DNA of 64,000 nucleotides from assembly GCA_964016885.1 (NCBI GenBank), contig OZ024743.1, positions 39,184,001-39,248,000 on the forward strand. Direction: 5' to 3'. A program made the translations under genes and the position numbers. Every line of letters begins with the position of its first letter. Position 1 is the first letter of the stretch. The notes under the pieces were generated by a model. That model searched no databases and was not told the origin of the DNA. It worked only from the letters and a program-made list of their open reading frames with translations. Source of the DNA: Eledone cirrhosa. Taxonomy: Eukaryota. Positions 42,602 to 55,906 of the stretch are shown one piece after another.

Positions 42602-42800
42602 GGGCGGTGGATTGGCAGTATCGGTAGATGGTTGGACGCCATGCTTTGCAGTACCATTACGTCCCTTTACGGTCTGAGTTCAAATCACGCCGAGGTTAAC
42701 TTTGCCTTTCATCCCTACGGTTTCGATAAAATAAAGTACCAGTAATACGCTGGATAATTGCTAGCCTTGTGCCAAAAGTAGAAACAATTATTATTATTAC
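42602..42800 (+). mobile_element. SINE family A, full length
   Basis: gggcggtggattggcagtatcggtaga...aaagtagaaacaattattattatt. Confidence 0.9.
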
Positions 42801-43214
42801 AACGGAAAAATGCATAAATGTGTGTAGAAAATCATAGCCAATTACACTACACATACCCAAGAAGGTAATCACCGAGAATGCCTTCATAACGATATGACAA
42901 ACTACTTGTTAATTAACCAAGCTTATAGTTATGCATAGATACGTTCTTTTTCTGTATAACGTAGTTGGTATCCATGAAGTAAGACCTAAACACTAGAGTA
43001 AACAGTAAATATACAATTATACTCATAGCCTTGTAACTTATACGACGGCTATCATTGAACTGGCATACAAGAGAAAAATATTCTACTTGTAAAAAATATT
43101 TGAAAAACGACATACAATAAGTGATAATTTAATTATGTCTTACCATTATTTCATAATCTCAATTTGAAATTAACTACAATGTTAGCGATAGTTGACAATA
43201 TATAGTAACCAGCA

Positions 43215-43870
43215 GTGAGACTGGGGACCGGCTGGGACTTAGCCCAGAAGACGTCCCCCCTCCTTCACCCCTGCTGACGTCAAGTGGCCCCAAAGCATTT
43301 GCGATGCCATCCAATGCAGCCTAGCCTCAGACAGGCTCACGCGCCAGCTCGACCAGCATCGCCTTGCCATTTTTTCGTGCGGCCTCCAAAGCTCACAGTG
43401 TTGCCCCGCTCCATGCCTTGACTTCCTTCTACACTGGCGCGCAGCTGGATAACGATATCCTGCGCATCGGCGTTTCCTTAAGGCTTGTACTCCGGATCTC
43501 CGAGCTACATAATTGTCGCTGTGGATCCTCCGTGGACTCTCTCGGCCTCCACCGGCTTTCCTGTCGCCACATTGCCGGCCGCCTTGCAGGCCATGCTGCC
43601 CTTTACGAGGTAATAATATCTGGCTTACATGCTGCAGGATTTCCCTTCCAGCTCGAGCCACTGGGGCTGGAGCAGGGGGACGGCAAAAGGCCAGACGGCA
43701 TGACCAACTTCCCGTTCCACGGTGGCAAACCTCTCATCTATGATGCCACTTGCAGTGCAACCTGGTGCAGTCTGTTACTAACCCAGGTTCTGCTACACGT
43801 CGGGCTGAGGAGGCCAATCTCTCCAAGGCGCAGTCGCTCTCCGATAGGCCTTCCGTATATCTTCTTCTGA
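43215..43870 (+). mobile_element. CRE-clade non-LTR retrotransposon C-terminal fragment
   Basis: LRL..HNCRCG..VD.LGLH.LSC..GRLAGH..LEPLGL..DGKRPDGMT..PF..GK.LIYDATC zinc knuckle plus restriction-like endonuclease; GC-rich relative to flanks. Confidence 0.8.
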
Positions 43871-44622
43871 TACGTCACAGAATCCTTATTTAGAAATATG
43901 TTGTTTCTTCGGTTATTGCCAGAGAGTCGGGCTCATGTTGGTTTAGTATTTCCTTGAAAGTTCGACTATCCTGCAATCCTATCTCCACTTTTGGACACAA
44001 GGGTTTCTTCCTTTGGTTCGATTGGACACACCTGCATTTTTTCTGTAGTAGTGGTTTTCCTGGCACAGAGATATTTTCGTATAGCTTTGACCTCTGCTTC
44101 TTCTGCTTCGCTCTCCAAACACAGACGTTTGTTCTTTTGTGCACTGCCCCGTTATTTCCTTTCGGTTTCAGAACATGTCTGTCACAAACTGTGGTCTACA
44201 TCATTGTTTTACGTTTATAGGATATGTAATCATATATTATATTCTATGTATAATAAACATATAGGACACTCGCTATCAAAGAAAACGTATTTTGCGTCAT
44301 GGAAAGTTATTGTATATTTTTTTATCTTTGAACATATTTCAGTGGTGTTGAAAATGTTAGACAGCTCTGCCAAGATGTGTTAATCTTTCGACAGAGACAT
44401 TCACTAAACCAGTACTGAAATGAAAATAGACTAGAAAGTATATAAATTGTGCGTTATGAACATTTACTGGAGATTATCCTTGCATATAGCCACTGGAATC
44501 TATCGACTGGAATTGCTCATATAGTGAAGTTGGCTGGTTATAATTACTTGATAGTAGCACTATATATATATAGTAAACAGGTATGGAATTGCATATGAAT
44601 GTGTGTGTGCATGTTCTTTATA

Positions 44623-44729
<107 letters not shown>

Positions 44730-44778
44730 GTATGTGTGCGTGTGTATGGGTGTGTGTGTGTATGTGTGTATGTGTGTA

Positions 44779-44811
<33 letters not shown>

Positions 44812-46437
44812 AAAATTAAAATTAGAAAGAAATTCGATGTTTATGCTGTCCGAAATATCTGGTTAAACAACGTAACTTTTAACAGATTGCAATGAAATAC
44901 CCCAAATCTCTAACAGGAGGTTTGTTGATTCTAATGCTGTTTGCTGAACATAATTCATGCCGTATGAGAATAAGAAATTGAATATTTAACGTGATAGATT
45001 TGTAGCACCATTTTATCATTTTCAAGAAGGCTTTGATACTGTAGATTCAAGTTGTACATGATGTTAAGGGTTACTTGATTTGATTAATGTAATATTTACG
45101 TTATTTAAGGAATTAAAAGGGGGAAGGAATGAAGTCGTAGTTTGGTACTTCAATGAATTCAATCAGTTATCCCAGTCCTTCGAATACAAAGATATCAAGA
45201 AAAGATAATTAGTATGACAATGCTTATCTAAATTCCAGATGTCTATGCTTTCCAAGAAGCTCTAATTTCTTTTGAAGACAATAATATATTACCCGGTGAG
45301 AATTTCAGCATATGATGGGCAAATGTATATATAGCCATACGTTATCCGGCAATATGGAAAGGAGAGAAGACGAAATTTCATGGCCGATATCATACACATG
45401 ATATAGTTATTCGATGAAGAGAACTTGCTGCCCACAACAGTAATATTCAACTGCCTTTCCCATGGGAGATTGGAGGAATGTGAAGCAAAATGCTCTAATC
45501 ATCATGTCATGAATATTCAACTATGTGTCATATAACATAGTATAAAGGCAACAAAACGCATCAATAAAATATATCAATGCGTATTAAATATATCAACAAC
45601 ACAATTCCAGTTACTTATTCATAATAATTTATCAGTTTGTTAGAAATTATATCTTTATTTTCCATAGTATTGCTGACCACTCGAACAACACTTCCATAGA
45701 CAAATACAGTGCATTGCTTTATTAAACGTTACGTATGCTGTTAAAATGGGCAATTGATGCAGCCTCACTGTGCTCACGTGTCCTTCTAGGTCTGCTAACC
45801 AAAGTTTTCTTAATCCCTACACTAATACGTAAAAGAGAAGACCCTGCATATGTTAGTCTTAGAAGTCATGTCCAAAACTAATTTAATTATACTTCAAATG
45901 AAAGCAAACCTATTTAAATTCGAAACATAAACTTTCATTTAGAAGCTGACATCTGAGACTCCCAACTAAATTGTATTTAGTAAGACAATACACCATAGAG
46001 AAAGGAAGGGAATAATTGAAGAAATTTATTTTACAGAATGGTCTGTGTAATAATATATGCAAAACATATTGCCAGTAATTAGAAGATTGTTCTTAATAAT
46101 ATATCTATTCCTGTCACAAACTTTCGTCGTTGAGATACATTAAATTGGAGATTAAGTGAATTGCAGATCCCTGATAGCAAAACCATAGGTCACTTGATAA
46201 ATACATTATTAAATGCCATATACATAAGATATAGCTAATTATTCTCTGTGCAATGTAGTCCCAAGCAAATGTAAATTCCTTTGAAGATAGCCTCAAACAA
46301 CTCTGGAAGTTACTAACGAGCGACGAAACTTCTATTAATTTTAATATATTATACTAATAAACGAAACAAATTGTTCAATGTATCTAGAATAGGTAATATA
46401 TATATATATACACACACACACATGCCCACACACACGT

Positions 46438-46472
<35 letters not shown>

Positions 46473-46494
46473 AACACGTAGAGTAAATATTTTT

Positions 46495-46593
46495 TATAGA
46501 ACAGAGTAAAGTTTAAGGAAAGAGTCGCTGCTTTTACCCTTAACGGTTAAGAGTGAAAGCAGCGATTTTCGCTTAAATTTAATCTGTTCTTAT
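46495..46593. repeat. ~100-bp hairpin element; half copy at ~858-900
   Basis: agaacagagtaaagtttaagg..tcgctgcttttacccttaac-g-gttaagagtgaaagcagcga..cttaaatttaatctgttct. Confidence 0.7.
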
Positions 46594-46757
46594 AATATAT
46601 ACATACATAAATATATTTAGCGCTTAGGTTAGCGCTTGAAGTAGCATGAATAGGGTAATGACGTTTTGGACGCTAGTCTTTTATCAGAAGAAAGAATGAG
46701 GGTTGTAATTGGAAAAATGTATTTAAATATACATTTACGCATCTGTGTGTGTTTATG

Positions 46758-46800
<43 letters not shown>

Positions 46801-46808
<8 letters not shown>

Positions 46809-47716
46809 GAATAAACAAGAGAGATGAACACTTATATAAACATACATGTGTTCAAATCGTAAAGACCAAGTTTGCTAGGGTGAAAAAGTACCAACTACAG
46901 CAATATGGTTTGTCAGACTTAATTTTTAATAATAAATTAAGAAAAATAACAGACTTATATTGGGCAATCGCCTGGTCGCAACTAGACAGTTTGGGAGACT
47001 GTTCGCAACATCTTATTAAGTAAAGTCCACTCTTTTCTCTGCTCTTCAGTAGTTGTTGAGAAACTAGTGATCCTTCCACTTCTAAAAATATTATTGACTG
47101 AATTGCTTACGATTCGAACACATGTATGTTTATATTAGTGTTCATTCAATTATATTGTACGGTTCTTAGAGCTATTTAATTGTAAGAGACTACACTGTGT
47201 TTCAAATTCACTATATGTTTGTCGGCTCCATCATGTAGTGCTAATTTTAATGTCCTGTTAGCCAGGCTGCTACTTTTAGTGGAATGGTATTTCGAGACAT
47301 GCTGGTTTCCGAAGACACAAGTGATAATTCTTATCGCACGCAATTCAGTCTATAATATTTTTAGAAGTGGAAGGATCACTAATTCCTCAACAACTACTGA
47401 AGAGCAGAGAAAGGAGTGGAGTTTAATTAATAAGATGTTGCGTAACAGTCTCTAAAACTGTTTAGTTGATACCAGGCGATTTCCCAATATATGTCAGTTA
47501 TGTTTCTTAATGTAATATTTAAATTAAGTCTGACAAACCATATTGCTGTATTTAGTATTTTTTCACCCTAGCAAACGTGGTCCTTACGATACGAAAACGT
47601 ATGTTTCTATTAGTTTTCATCTCTCTTGTTTATTCAATTATATTGTACGGCTCGGAAAAACTTTTATCTTAGAGTTATTTAATTGAAAGAGACTACTCTG
47701 TGTTTCTAACTCACTG

Positions 47717-47718
<2 letters not shown>
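46801..47718. mobile_element. Non-autonomous fold-back element with ~310-bp inverted arms and an internal direct repeat (PLE-like architecture)
   Basis: 46801-47113 inverted versus 47333-47643; 47108-47215 direct versus 47584-47718; decayed CTGAAGA GCA...TGC G(A)AAC AGTC motif in both arms. Confidence 0.7.
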
Positions 47719-47749
<31 letters not shown>

Positions 47750-48104
47750 GTATATATTTAAATAAACATGCATATATTTGTAGAAATGTTTAATGTTTTT
47801 TTTCGTTATATTGTCTGTAAATTGACCGCTAATGGCAGGAATAGAAATTGGTAGTAAATAAGGATCTGGGCGTGATTTTTTACTAATATGACATCCAAGA
47901 TGGTGGTCAGGGAATTTTTCTTCGGAAACGGAATTGATGGTGGGTGACTAAGTGGGGTCTTTTTACTGCTCCTTCTAGTACGATGACTCGGCGACAGATA
48001 CTATTGCTGGTTTATACATTCATACAATTTCTTTATATGTATATCTCTCTGCCTCCTGTTTTCACACACACACTCCTGTTTTCTCTCTCACTGCCTCTCT
48101 CTCT

Positions 48105-48137
<33 letters not shown>

Positions 48138-48176
48138 AATAAATTCATATATACTCGCACGCATTCACAAATACAA

Positions 48177-48220
<44 letters not shown>

Positions 48221-48230
48221 TCACAAACAC

Positions 48231-48313
<83 letters not shown>

Positions 48314-48419
48314 TTCAGGTTATCAATAATGTAGTGATAATATATCGTTACGTTAGAGATGAACAGCGTACGTGTAGGTTTGCTCAACCAGTATAAATTA
48401 TATTCCGGAGAAAATGTAG

Positions 48420-49503
48420 AAAAGATGAATATAAAATGAAAATGCTTTTTTAAAAGAAAAGGAATTTATTAGGTATTGACATATGTTTCTGTAACAGACG
48501 GAATACCTATGTATCACTGCTTACGTAATCTTATAATGTTAGCAAATATTCGATAGCAAATGTATAATCAGTTGTCACTTCTTCAGAGATTTTGGATAAA
48601 TTGGTTAAAATCATGTAACAACACTCGCAGACAAGGCTTGGTAGCTGCGTGAAAATAACCAACAATTTAACCTAAAATGGGATATAATAGCGGCTGCCCC
48701 TCTATATTCCCACGGACAGGAATTTACTAAATTATGTAATATAGAATTATGTTGTATTATGAAATCCAAAAACATTTTATTAAATAACAGAATAGAGCGA
48801 TCGTTATACTGCAACAATCGCTTAAAATCTACATTTTCATATTACAAATACTACCAGGATTGAACGCCCGTCTCCATCCCCGTTTGATTGTCAAAATACA
48901 TATTAACATTCTCTATTAGTCTTAATTCTATCAACTCTTCTATTATTTACCATTTAATATAAACTGCTATAGATAAAATGAGATTTCTTAATTCAATTCC
49001 CTAATGCATATACCAGCTGGCTACTAGCATTGGTGTTATTCAGTAGAAGTCGAAATCTCCCCCTTCCTCAATTGACACTTTATAATTAATACTACTACAC
49101 CAAATGACCAGCCCTGTCCATTGTTCAATTGGTCAAGTATAGATTAAAATAGGCACTCCAAAAAATTCTAATTTAAATAAAATAAACTATTTACTCATAG
49201 TATTCTCATTATAAACCCTTTATATACTTGTTTAGCAGTAAAATGGAATTACCATCTGTCATATACTATCCCCTCTTTTCTTTCCCTATTACAACTAATA
49301 TAAATACTTCAATTTTTCTGATTTTATCCAATTTATCCAAAATCTCTGAAGAAGTGACAACTGATTATACATTTGCTATCGAATACTTGCTAACAGTATA
49401 TGATTACGTAAGCAGCGATACATATGTATTCCGTCTGTTACAGAAACATATCTCAATACCTAATAAATTCCTTTTTTTTTTTAAAAAGCACTTTCATTTT
49501 ATA

Positions 49504-49515
<12 letters not shown>
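48420..49515. mobile_element. Fold-back element with ~195-bp inverted arms flanked by (TA)n
   Basis: 48420-48612 is the reverse complement of 49319-49515; arms contain CTGAAGA A GTGACA...TGTTAC A GAAAC ATAT GTC. Confidence 0.7.
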
Positions 49516-49586
<71 letters not shown>

Positions 49587-49593
49587 CAAACAC

Positions 49594-49645
<52 letters not shown>

Positions 49646-49689
49646 CTGTGTCTGTGAGTACATGTATATGAGGATGAAATGTTGTCCTT

Positions 49690-50900
49690 TGTTGACCACT
49701 AATAGCAGTGAATAAATTTGGTAATAATTACGGTCTTTCCTATGTTTTCAACTAATCTCACGTCCGATGCGGTCGCAATCTACTTTTCCCCGAAATGTTG
49801 TGGGTTTGCTGCGAGGTGGAGATCCCCCGCATTTTCCCTCCCTCGGAAATTTCTCCAATGGCAATACTTTTCTTTTTTATGTTTTTTGTTTAATATCGCC
49901 CAATCAGACATCGGACTCACTGAGCAATGACACACCATTTTCTGAAGACGGGGGCAGTGAGGGACGAGGACCCTCGGAGTTACATATAAACACATCTCCG
50001 CCGCTTAAAATGTACCATCCAATCATGACAGGGCACAAATTGAATACACTTCGTATTTGTGAAATATAGGTGCGAAACCACGCGTTACGGAAAGAGGTAT
50101 CTCACCATATCAAGCGCTTAGTTGTCTGAGATGATAAAGCCTGAGACCTTGCTTCCAATCCAATCCTTGTCCACACACATTTGTATTTCCTACTCTAATT
50201 GTAAACATGTCCGAAGTAAGAAAGGGAACGATAGAAGTGACCCACTTTGTTTCCGAGATGTTCAATTCAGCCGGTCTTCTTGTTTGTTGCATTAGAATTT
50301 ACAAAGAGATTTTGTAAGTTTCTATTTGTTGGATTTACGACAAAAGGTACAATGTCTCCGGGAAAAAAGGTCATGAGTGTGACTTCCTGTATCATGTGAC
50401 TTCTTGTCTCAGTAATTATGCCGGGCGTATGTAGGCACCATTTGTGTGTATATTTTTTATTGTTTATCACGTCTTCTATCAGCTGAACATTGTTTTTTTC
50501 CCGACTACAGTGACGTTTATGTAAAGGCGTTATACTTGTGGGCTTTGCCGTTGCCCTTTTTTGTGAACTATGATTTCGTTCTAGTTTTGTGATTGTGAAT
50601 CTTTTTAGTTTTGTTTATGCTGTGAATCCTGTGATTGTTTTTGTGGTGGGGAAGGACGATTAGCGTAAATACGTCCGTGGCGCCCGTTCAAATGTCAGGC
50701 TTTCATTTAGCTGAGGAAACTTGTAGTGATTTTCTCTCCTGTTCCTGAAGGGTCTAAAGCAGTGCTTTCTACTTGTGTAATTTAGAATGCTTATTGTTGC
50801 TAACTCCTTTGCGTTTAATATACATGATGTGGGGATTTGAACTATGTTTGACGGCAGAAGAATACGGGGTACTCGGTTTCTTTTCCAATGCACAGCCAAC
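49690..50900 (-). pseudogene. Decayed second Neptune-like PLE (RT end to endonuclease); related 3' fragment at ~47820-47950
   Basis: VGCAL..PS.PY, QLNESLTFE, DIVPFVV.P.N.NL, LCPVMI, SSENGVSLL, IGE remnants occur in PLE order. Confidence 0.4.
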
Positions 50901-52023
50901 TAGAATTAGAACATACACATGCCTCTACATTTTTTTGCAATAATTGAATAAATATACGTTTTCATAGTGAAACTATGATTTAAAAACTGTAGGTATACCA
51001 AGGGAAAATGTATCTTACATATCCCATAAACACTCAGTTAAGCATTATTCTTTAAACATTAAATTAATTATGCTATAGGTGAATTCACATAATACAGATT
51101 AATCAGGCAATTTAAAGTAATTCCATGTGAGCTCATACTTTTATATTCCAGGAGCATTTAATATTTTCTTTTGATATATGAGGCTGCACAACATATATAA
51201 CCGCTTTAATATATATGTACATAATTCGAAACAGTTAACCAATAAACTCCACAGAAAGAGGAAAATGCATGTACACATTTTCTTTTTGATGTAGGTGGAT
51301 TGAAATTATGCATTATAATTCTCAGTCTTTTACCTTTCACCAAATATTCACGAATTATCTAGAAATCAATCCTTATATAGAGAGATATTCGTTACCATTA
51401 GTTGTAAGTGACCTACACATAATATATAATGGACAGTCTATAGTAGAATTTTAAATTACGATCATACATGACCTATTTGATATAAATCATTCAACTCACC
51501 TATTTTGACTCTTGCTCAACACATTAGAAATCCAGCGAATAGAAATTGTAGAGATTTAATATTGCGTTTTTGTGTTTACCAATCTCATGAATGCAGCTGT
51601 CTCAACGATAAATATTCATATATGTATAGAGAGCATCAATTTACATATCACATATATTATTAAAACGAATCATTGCTTAAAACTCGTTTCTTCTTACTTT
51701 AACTATTTCATCAACAGTTTAAATAATAAATACACTCTGGTGGTTAAAGATATGTATCAAAAGAAATTCCTTTTCTATTGATACAATATATACTAACAAA
51801 TAGATCGTGTTGATTTTTCTGTGAACTATTTTGAATGCATTGCTATATAATTATACATTATAATATCCTTCAGGTTTGACACAATAATATGAATTATCAT
51901 GAAAGGACGTCAGTCAAATTATTCTCGACATGATATATAATCGAATATATTTGTGTTAATATACACACATATACACACACACACAAACACACACACATAT
52001 ACACACACATACACACACACGTG

Positions 52024-52144
<121 letters not shown>

Positions 52145-53347
52145 TGTGTGTGTGCGTGCGTGTGCGTATGCGGTTGTATTTCACAGTAGTTTATGTCACA
52201 AACACGTTGATTTTCGATACGACAGTGTACAACATGGTAGAAAATTACTTAGCTACTTTAATTGCTATCATTTTGAGTTAAATTTGAATACGGAAATTTG
52301 TGCGGGAATCTTATGGCAGGGATCGCTTAACCAGTGCCATGAATAATATATATAGCACATGAGATTTCATTCATACAGCTTATAATAATGTATGTCGTAT
52401 CAACGTTTGTATCTAATGAAATACAGGAAATAGACCACGTTTCTGGATATCTGAATCGAGTAAAACTTTCAAAATATGTCAGTCATATGTGCAGTAACAC
52501 AAACTCCATCAAGAATTAAGTCCAAGAAAGAAAGCATGCCATGCAGTGCAGAAGCGCCGTCAGAAAAAAGATAACGTTGACAAATATACTGATTCTACCA
52601 GGCACTGCCTTGTTAATATAATATGTTTGAGGTTGAATTGTACAGATAGCAATAGCAGTAATTCATGTAAAATGTAGTACTATTATGCAGATGCCATTAG
52701 TCGTTATATTAAATAGCTGACAGAAATTCTGACAAAATTATGTCACAGAATTCTGACAAAAATAGGCTGTAGAGAAGATGGATTATTGTTCGCACAATAC
52801 AATCCGTTTTAAAAATAAATATGATTAATTTAATGCTCGAGATGTTATAAATACATAGCAAGGCCATATTTCCTGACAATGCGACAACCGCCTCTAATCA
52901 AACATTGGCCACTGTGAGTATAGCTGATCCTATGATATTGTCATGTGGCTTCTACAGTTACTAGATCGAAAGCAACTGAATTGAAATGATACAGACGAGT
53001 CAAACAAATATTATCGAGACAATAGAGGCCAAAGGATTATCGAGGGAATTTCATCCAAATGTTACTAATATTACAATGTACGGTACTACACTGGTCTTGT
53101 TAAACTATAAACTCAAACATTCCATATGATTTAACTCAAGGAACTTTGCCATAACTAAAGCATATTTATTTAGAAATGTTCGTAAAGGGCCTTGCAAGTA
53201 AACAATACAAGAAATGTGTTGAAAATGTATATCTTAATCATGAGAGGTATCTTGTTTTTAGATGTATTTTGAAAATATAATTGCAGAATGTTCCAGCATA
53301 TGTCCTCAAGTATGGCCAAACTATCACTCTATTTTCCGCCTTATATA

Positions 53348-53397
<50 letters not shown>

Positions 53398-53646
53398 GTG
53401 ATATCTATGTCATGAAAATGCCAAACATTGGATGAATGTTTCACATTTACTGTAACAAGCTTCATTATCACATTTGGTTATAGGAAAAGTATTACGAAAT
53501 TTCTCGTTTCTATTTTCCGGTTATCCAATAACTTGTAGCCGACATCAGAGCAGAACGTACATAAAATCTAATCAGAGAGAATATATTATATTTTGGCAAA
53601 CATGCAAAACGAAAGGTATTGTTAAAACAGGGTTGTTTTGTGTGTG

Positions 53647-53721
<75 letters not shown>

Positions 53722-53854
53722 GGATAACTATATGTATGTATGGATATCTACTTGTGGATGTATGCATAACTATATAAAGGCTAGTATGCAAACATACATA
53801 CATGCATGCTCGCATACATGCATCGCCCAATTACACACACATATATATATATTC

Positions 53855-53960
<106 letters not shown>

Positions 53961-54344
53961 TATAGATATAATTATATATATTTACATAAACATGTAGAAA
54001 ACCCTGTGCATATAATACATATTTATGACAACTTCTCTCTTCATCCTCCACACCTTTCGCTTCTCCTGTGTTTTAACACTATGCCCCAAACATTACATAT
54101 TTAAACCGATCCCAAAGTGCATGTTGGTATCAAATTTTCGCAATTTACCGATAAACTCATACAATGTTCAGATTCATTTCCGGCCGAGAACAAGTGTGTT
54201 GAATGTTTTAGCTCTTAACATGCCAGCAATAAGGATGAAAATATATATTTACCTATATCAAATGGATATATCTCTTATATATTTTCTATAAATACACTGT
54301 CTGTATATAATATACAAATGAGAGTGCATAGCCGTATGTATGAC

Positions 54345-54445
54345 AATGTGATTAAAAATTGCACTTCACATATATAGTGGGTCTTGGTTCAGACCCACTG
54401 CTAGGACATAGAGGAAGCGCCTTCTAATATAACCTCGTATAATCG
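54345..54445 (+). mobile_element. Decayed second tRNA-derived SINE
   Basis: ggttcagacccactgc B-box-like motif followed by cttctaatataacctcg. Confidence 0.35.
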
Positions 54446-54587
54446 CCTGAGGATCAAGCACTAATTTTGTTCCCACCTACAATCGGGTGATATGGCCAAT
54501 ATTTAACCTTGAAATCTGAGGTAGAGCATTTTCCGTGTGTGAAAATAAAACATGATATAATATATGTATACAACCCTGAATAACTTA

Positions 54588-54658
<71 letters not shown>

Positions 54659-54965
54659 ATTATATTAACAAATGGAAACTATATTTATAACACCATATTT
54701 ATTTCATTATACATATTTCAAGGACCACCAAGGCAAACTATGGTGCGCTTTCATCAAATAAAATATAGGTTAGTTTTATAAATAAATATTGACATACCCT
54801 GAAAAGATGCAACAATTCTGGTCGGAATCTCCTGGATAGTATATTGTATATTTACTCCAATAATTTGTTGAGTGATTTATGTCAGTTATAAACATATTTT
54901 GCTTGTTGTATCCCATCAAATTAAATATAACCTCTACATATATATATATATATATGTATATATAT

Positions 54966-55160
54966 AGGAAAAAGTTTGACCCCGACAGCAGAGCTTAAGC
55001 CGTTTCGGCGGCTATATCTGAACTCAGAAATAGCCGTAGAAACGGCTTGAGCTCAGCCGTTAGGGTCACACTTTTTTCTATTACCCACTCTACTACCCTG
55101 ACTATCGGGTAATCTTGTGATTTATGGTCCATATGGTTCCTTACCACACTTTCTTTGTTA
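54966..55160 (+). repeat. TA-flanked palindromic element copy
   Basis: ggaaaaagtttgaccccgacagcagagcttaagccgtttcg...gaaacggcttgagctcagccgttagggtcacactttttt plus tail. Confidence 0.85.
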
Positions 55161-55236
55161 TATATATATAGGATTTAACTTACTGTGGTTACCCCTGATT
55201 GAACCAGACACTCACAAACACACACACTCACACATC

Positions 55237-55352
<116 letters not shown>

Positions 55353-55427
55353 GTATTTCCGTATAAAGGGTAAAGGAAGGAAGTGTGCTCTATGTATAGT
55401 ACAGAGCTCTTTAATTATATAAATAAC

Positions 55428-55616
55428 AACACAATACAATTATTCCATTTACCAAAGCTTTCACGCTGACAGGCGACCTTAATAAAGACGTCTGAAATCG
55501 TTCATCAGAAAGTAAAGTTTAATTAGATTTTCCCTTCTGATGAACGAGGCAGAGGTCTCTATTGAGGGCGCCTATCTACGTGAAACCTTTGGTAAATTGA
55601 ATAATTGTATTGTGTT
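55428..55616. repeat. ~84-bp inverted repeat, each arm with a hammerhead core
   Basis: Plus 55537-55594: CTGATGA ACG...CGT GAAAC C ttt G GTA; minus arm: CTGATGA ACG...CGT GAAAG CTTTG GTA. Confidence 0.7.
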
Positions 55617-55633
55617 TTTTATTACATAGATAC

Positions 55634-55635
<2 letters not shown>

Positions 55636-55664
<29 letters not shown>

Positions 55665-55906
55665 TTTCTTTATTAACCACAAGGGTTTACATAAAGTAGA
55701 CATTAAGGATAGTGCAGAACAATACAGAACGGTACAAATGGGCATTTCTGCGTGTAAAAAACAAAAACAGAGGATGTAACAAAAAATAACAATGAAAAAT
55801 TCCCCAATAGGGGGGAGACTTCCGAGGGACATTGGTGGGGAAAGCACATTAAAAGGCCACAGTAACCCTGACAACCAGGGCAAGTGCCCTCGCCCAGATT
55901 TCCACC
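55636..55906 (-). mobile_element. Isolated L1-Tx1 3' UTR with (TTA)n tail
   Basis: Reverse complement of 59221-59482, including aataaagaaa and the tail. Confidence 0.9.

Noticed and set aside
43880-44330. GIY-YIG or other coding remnant
   Set aside because: Motif matches too weak to assign
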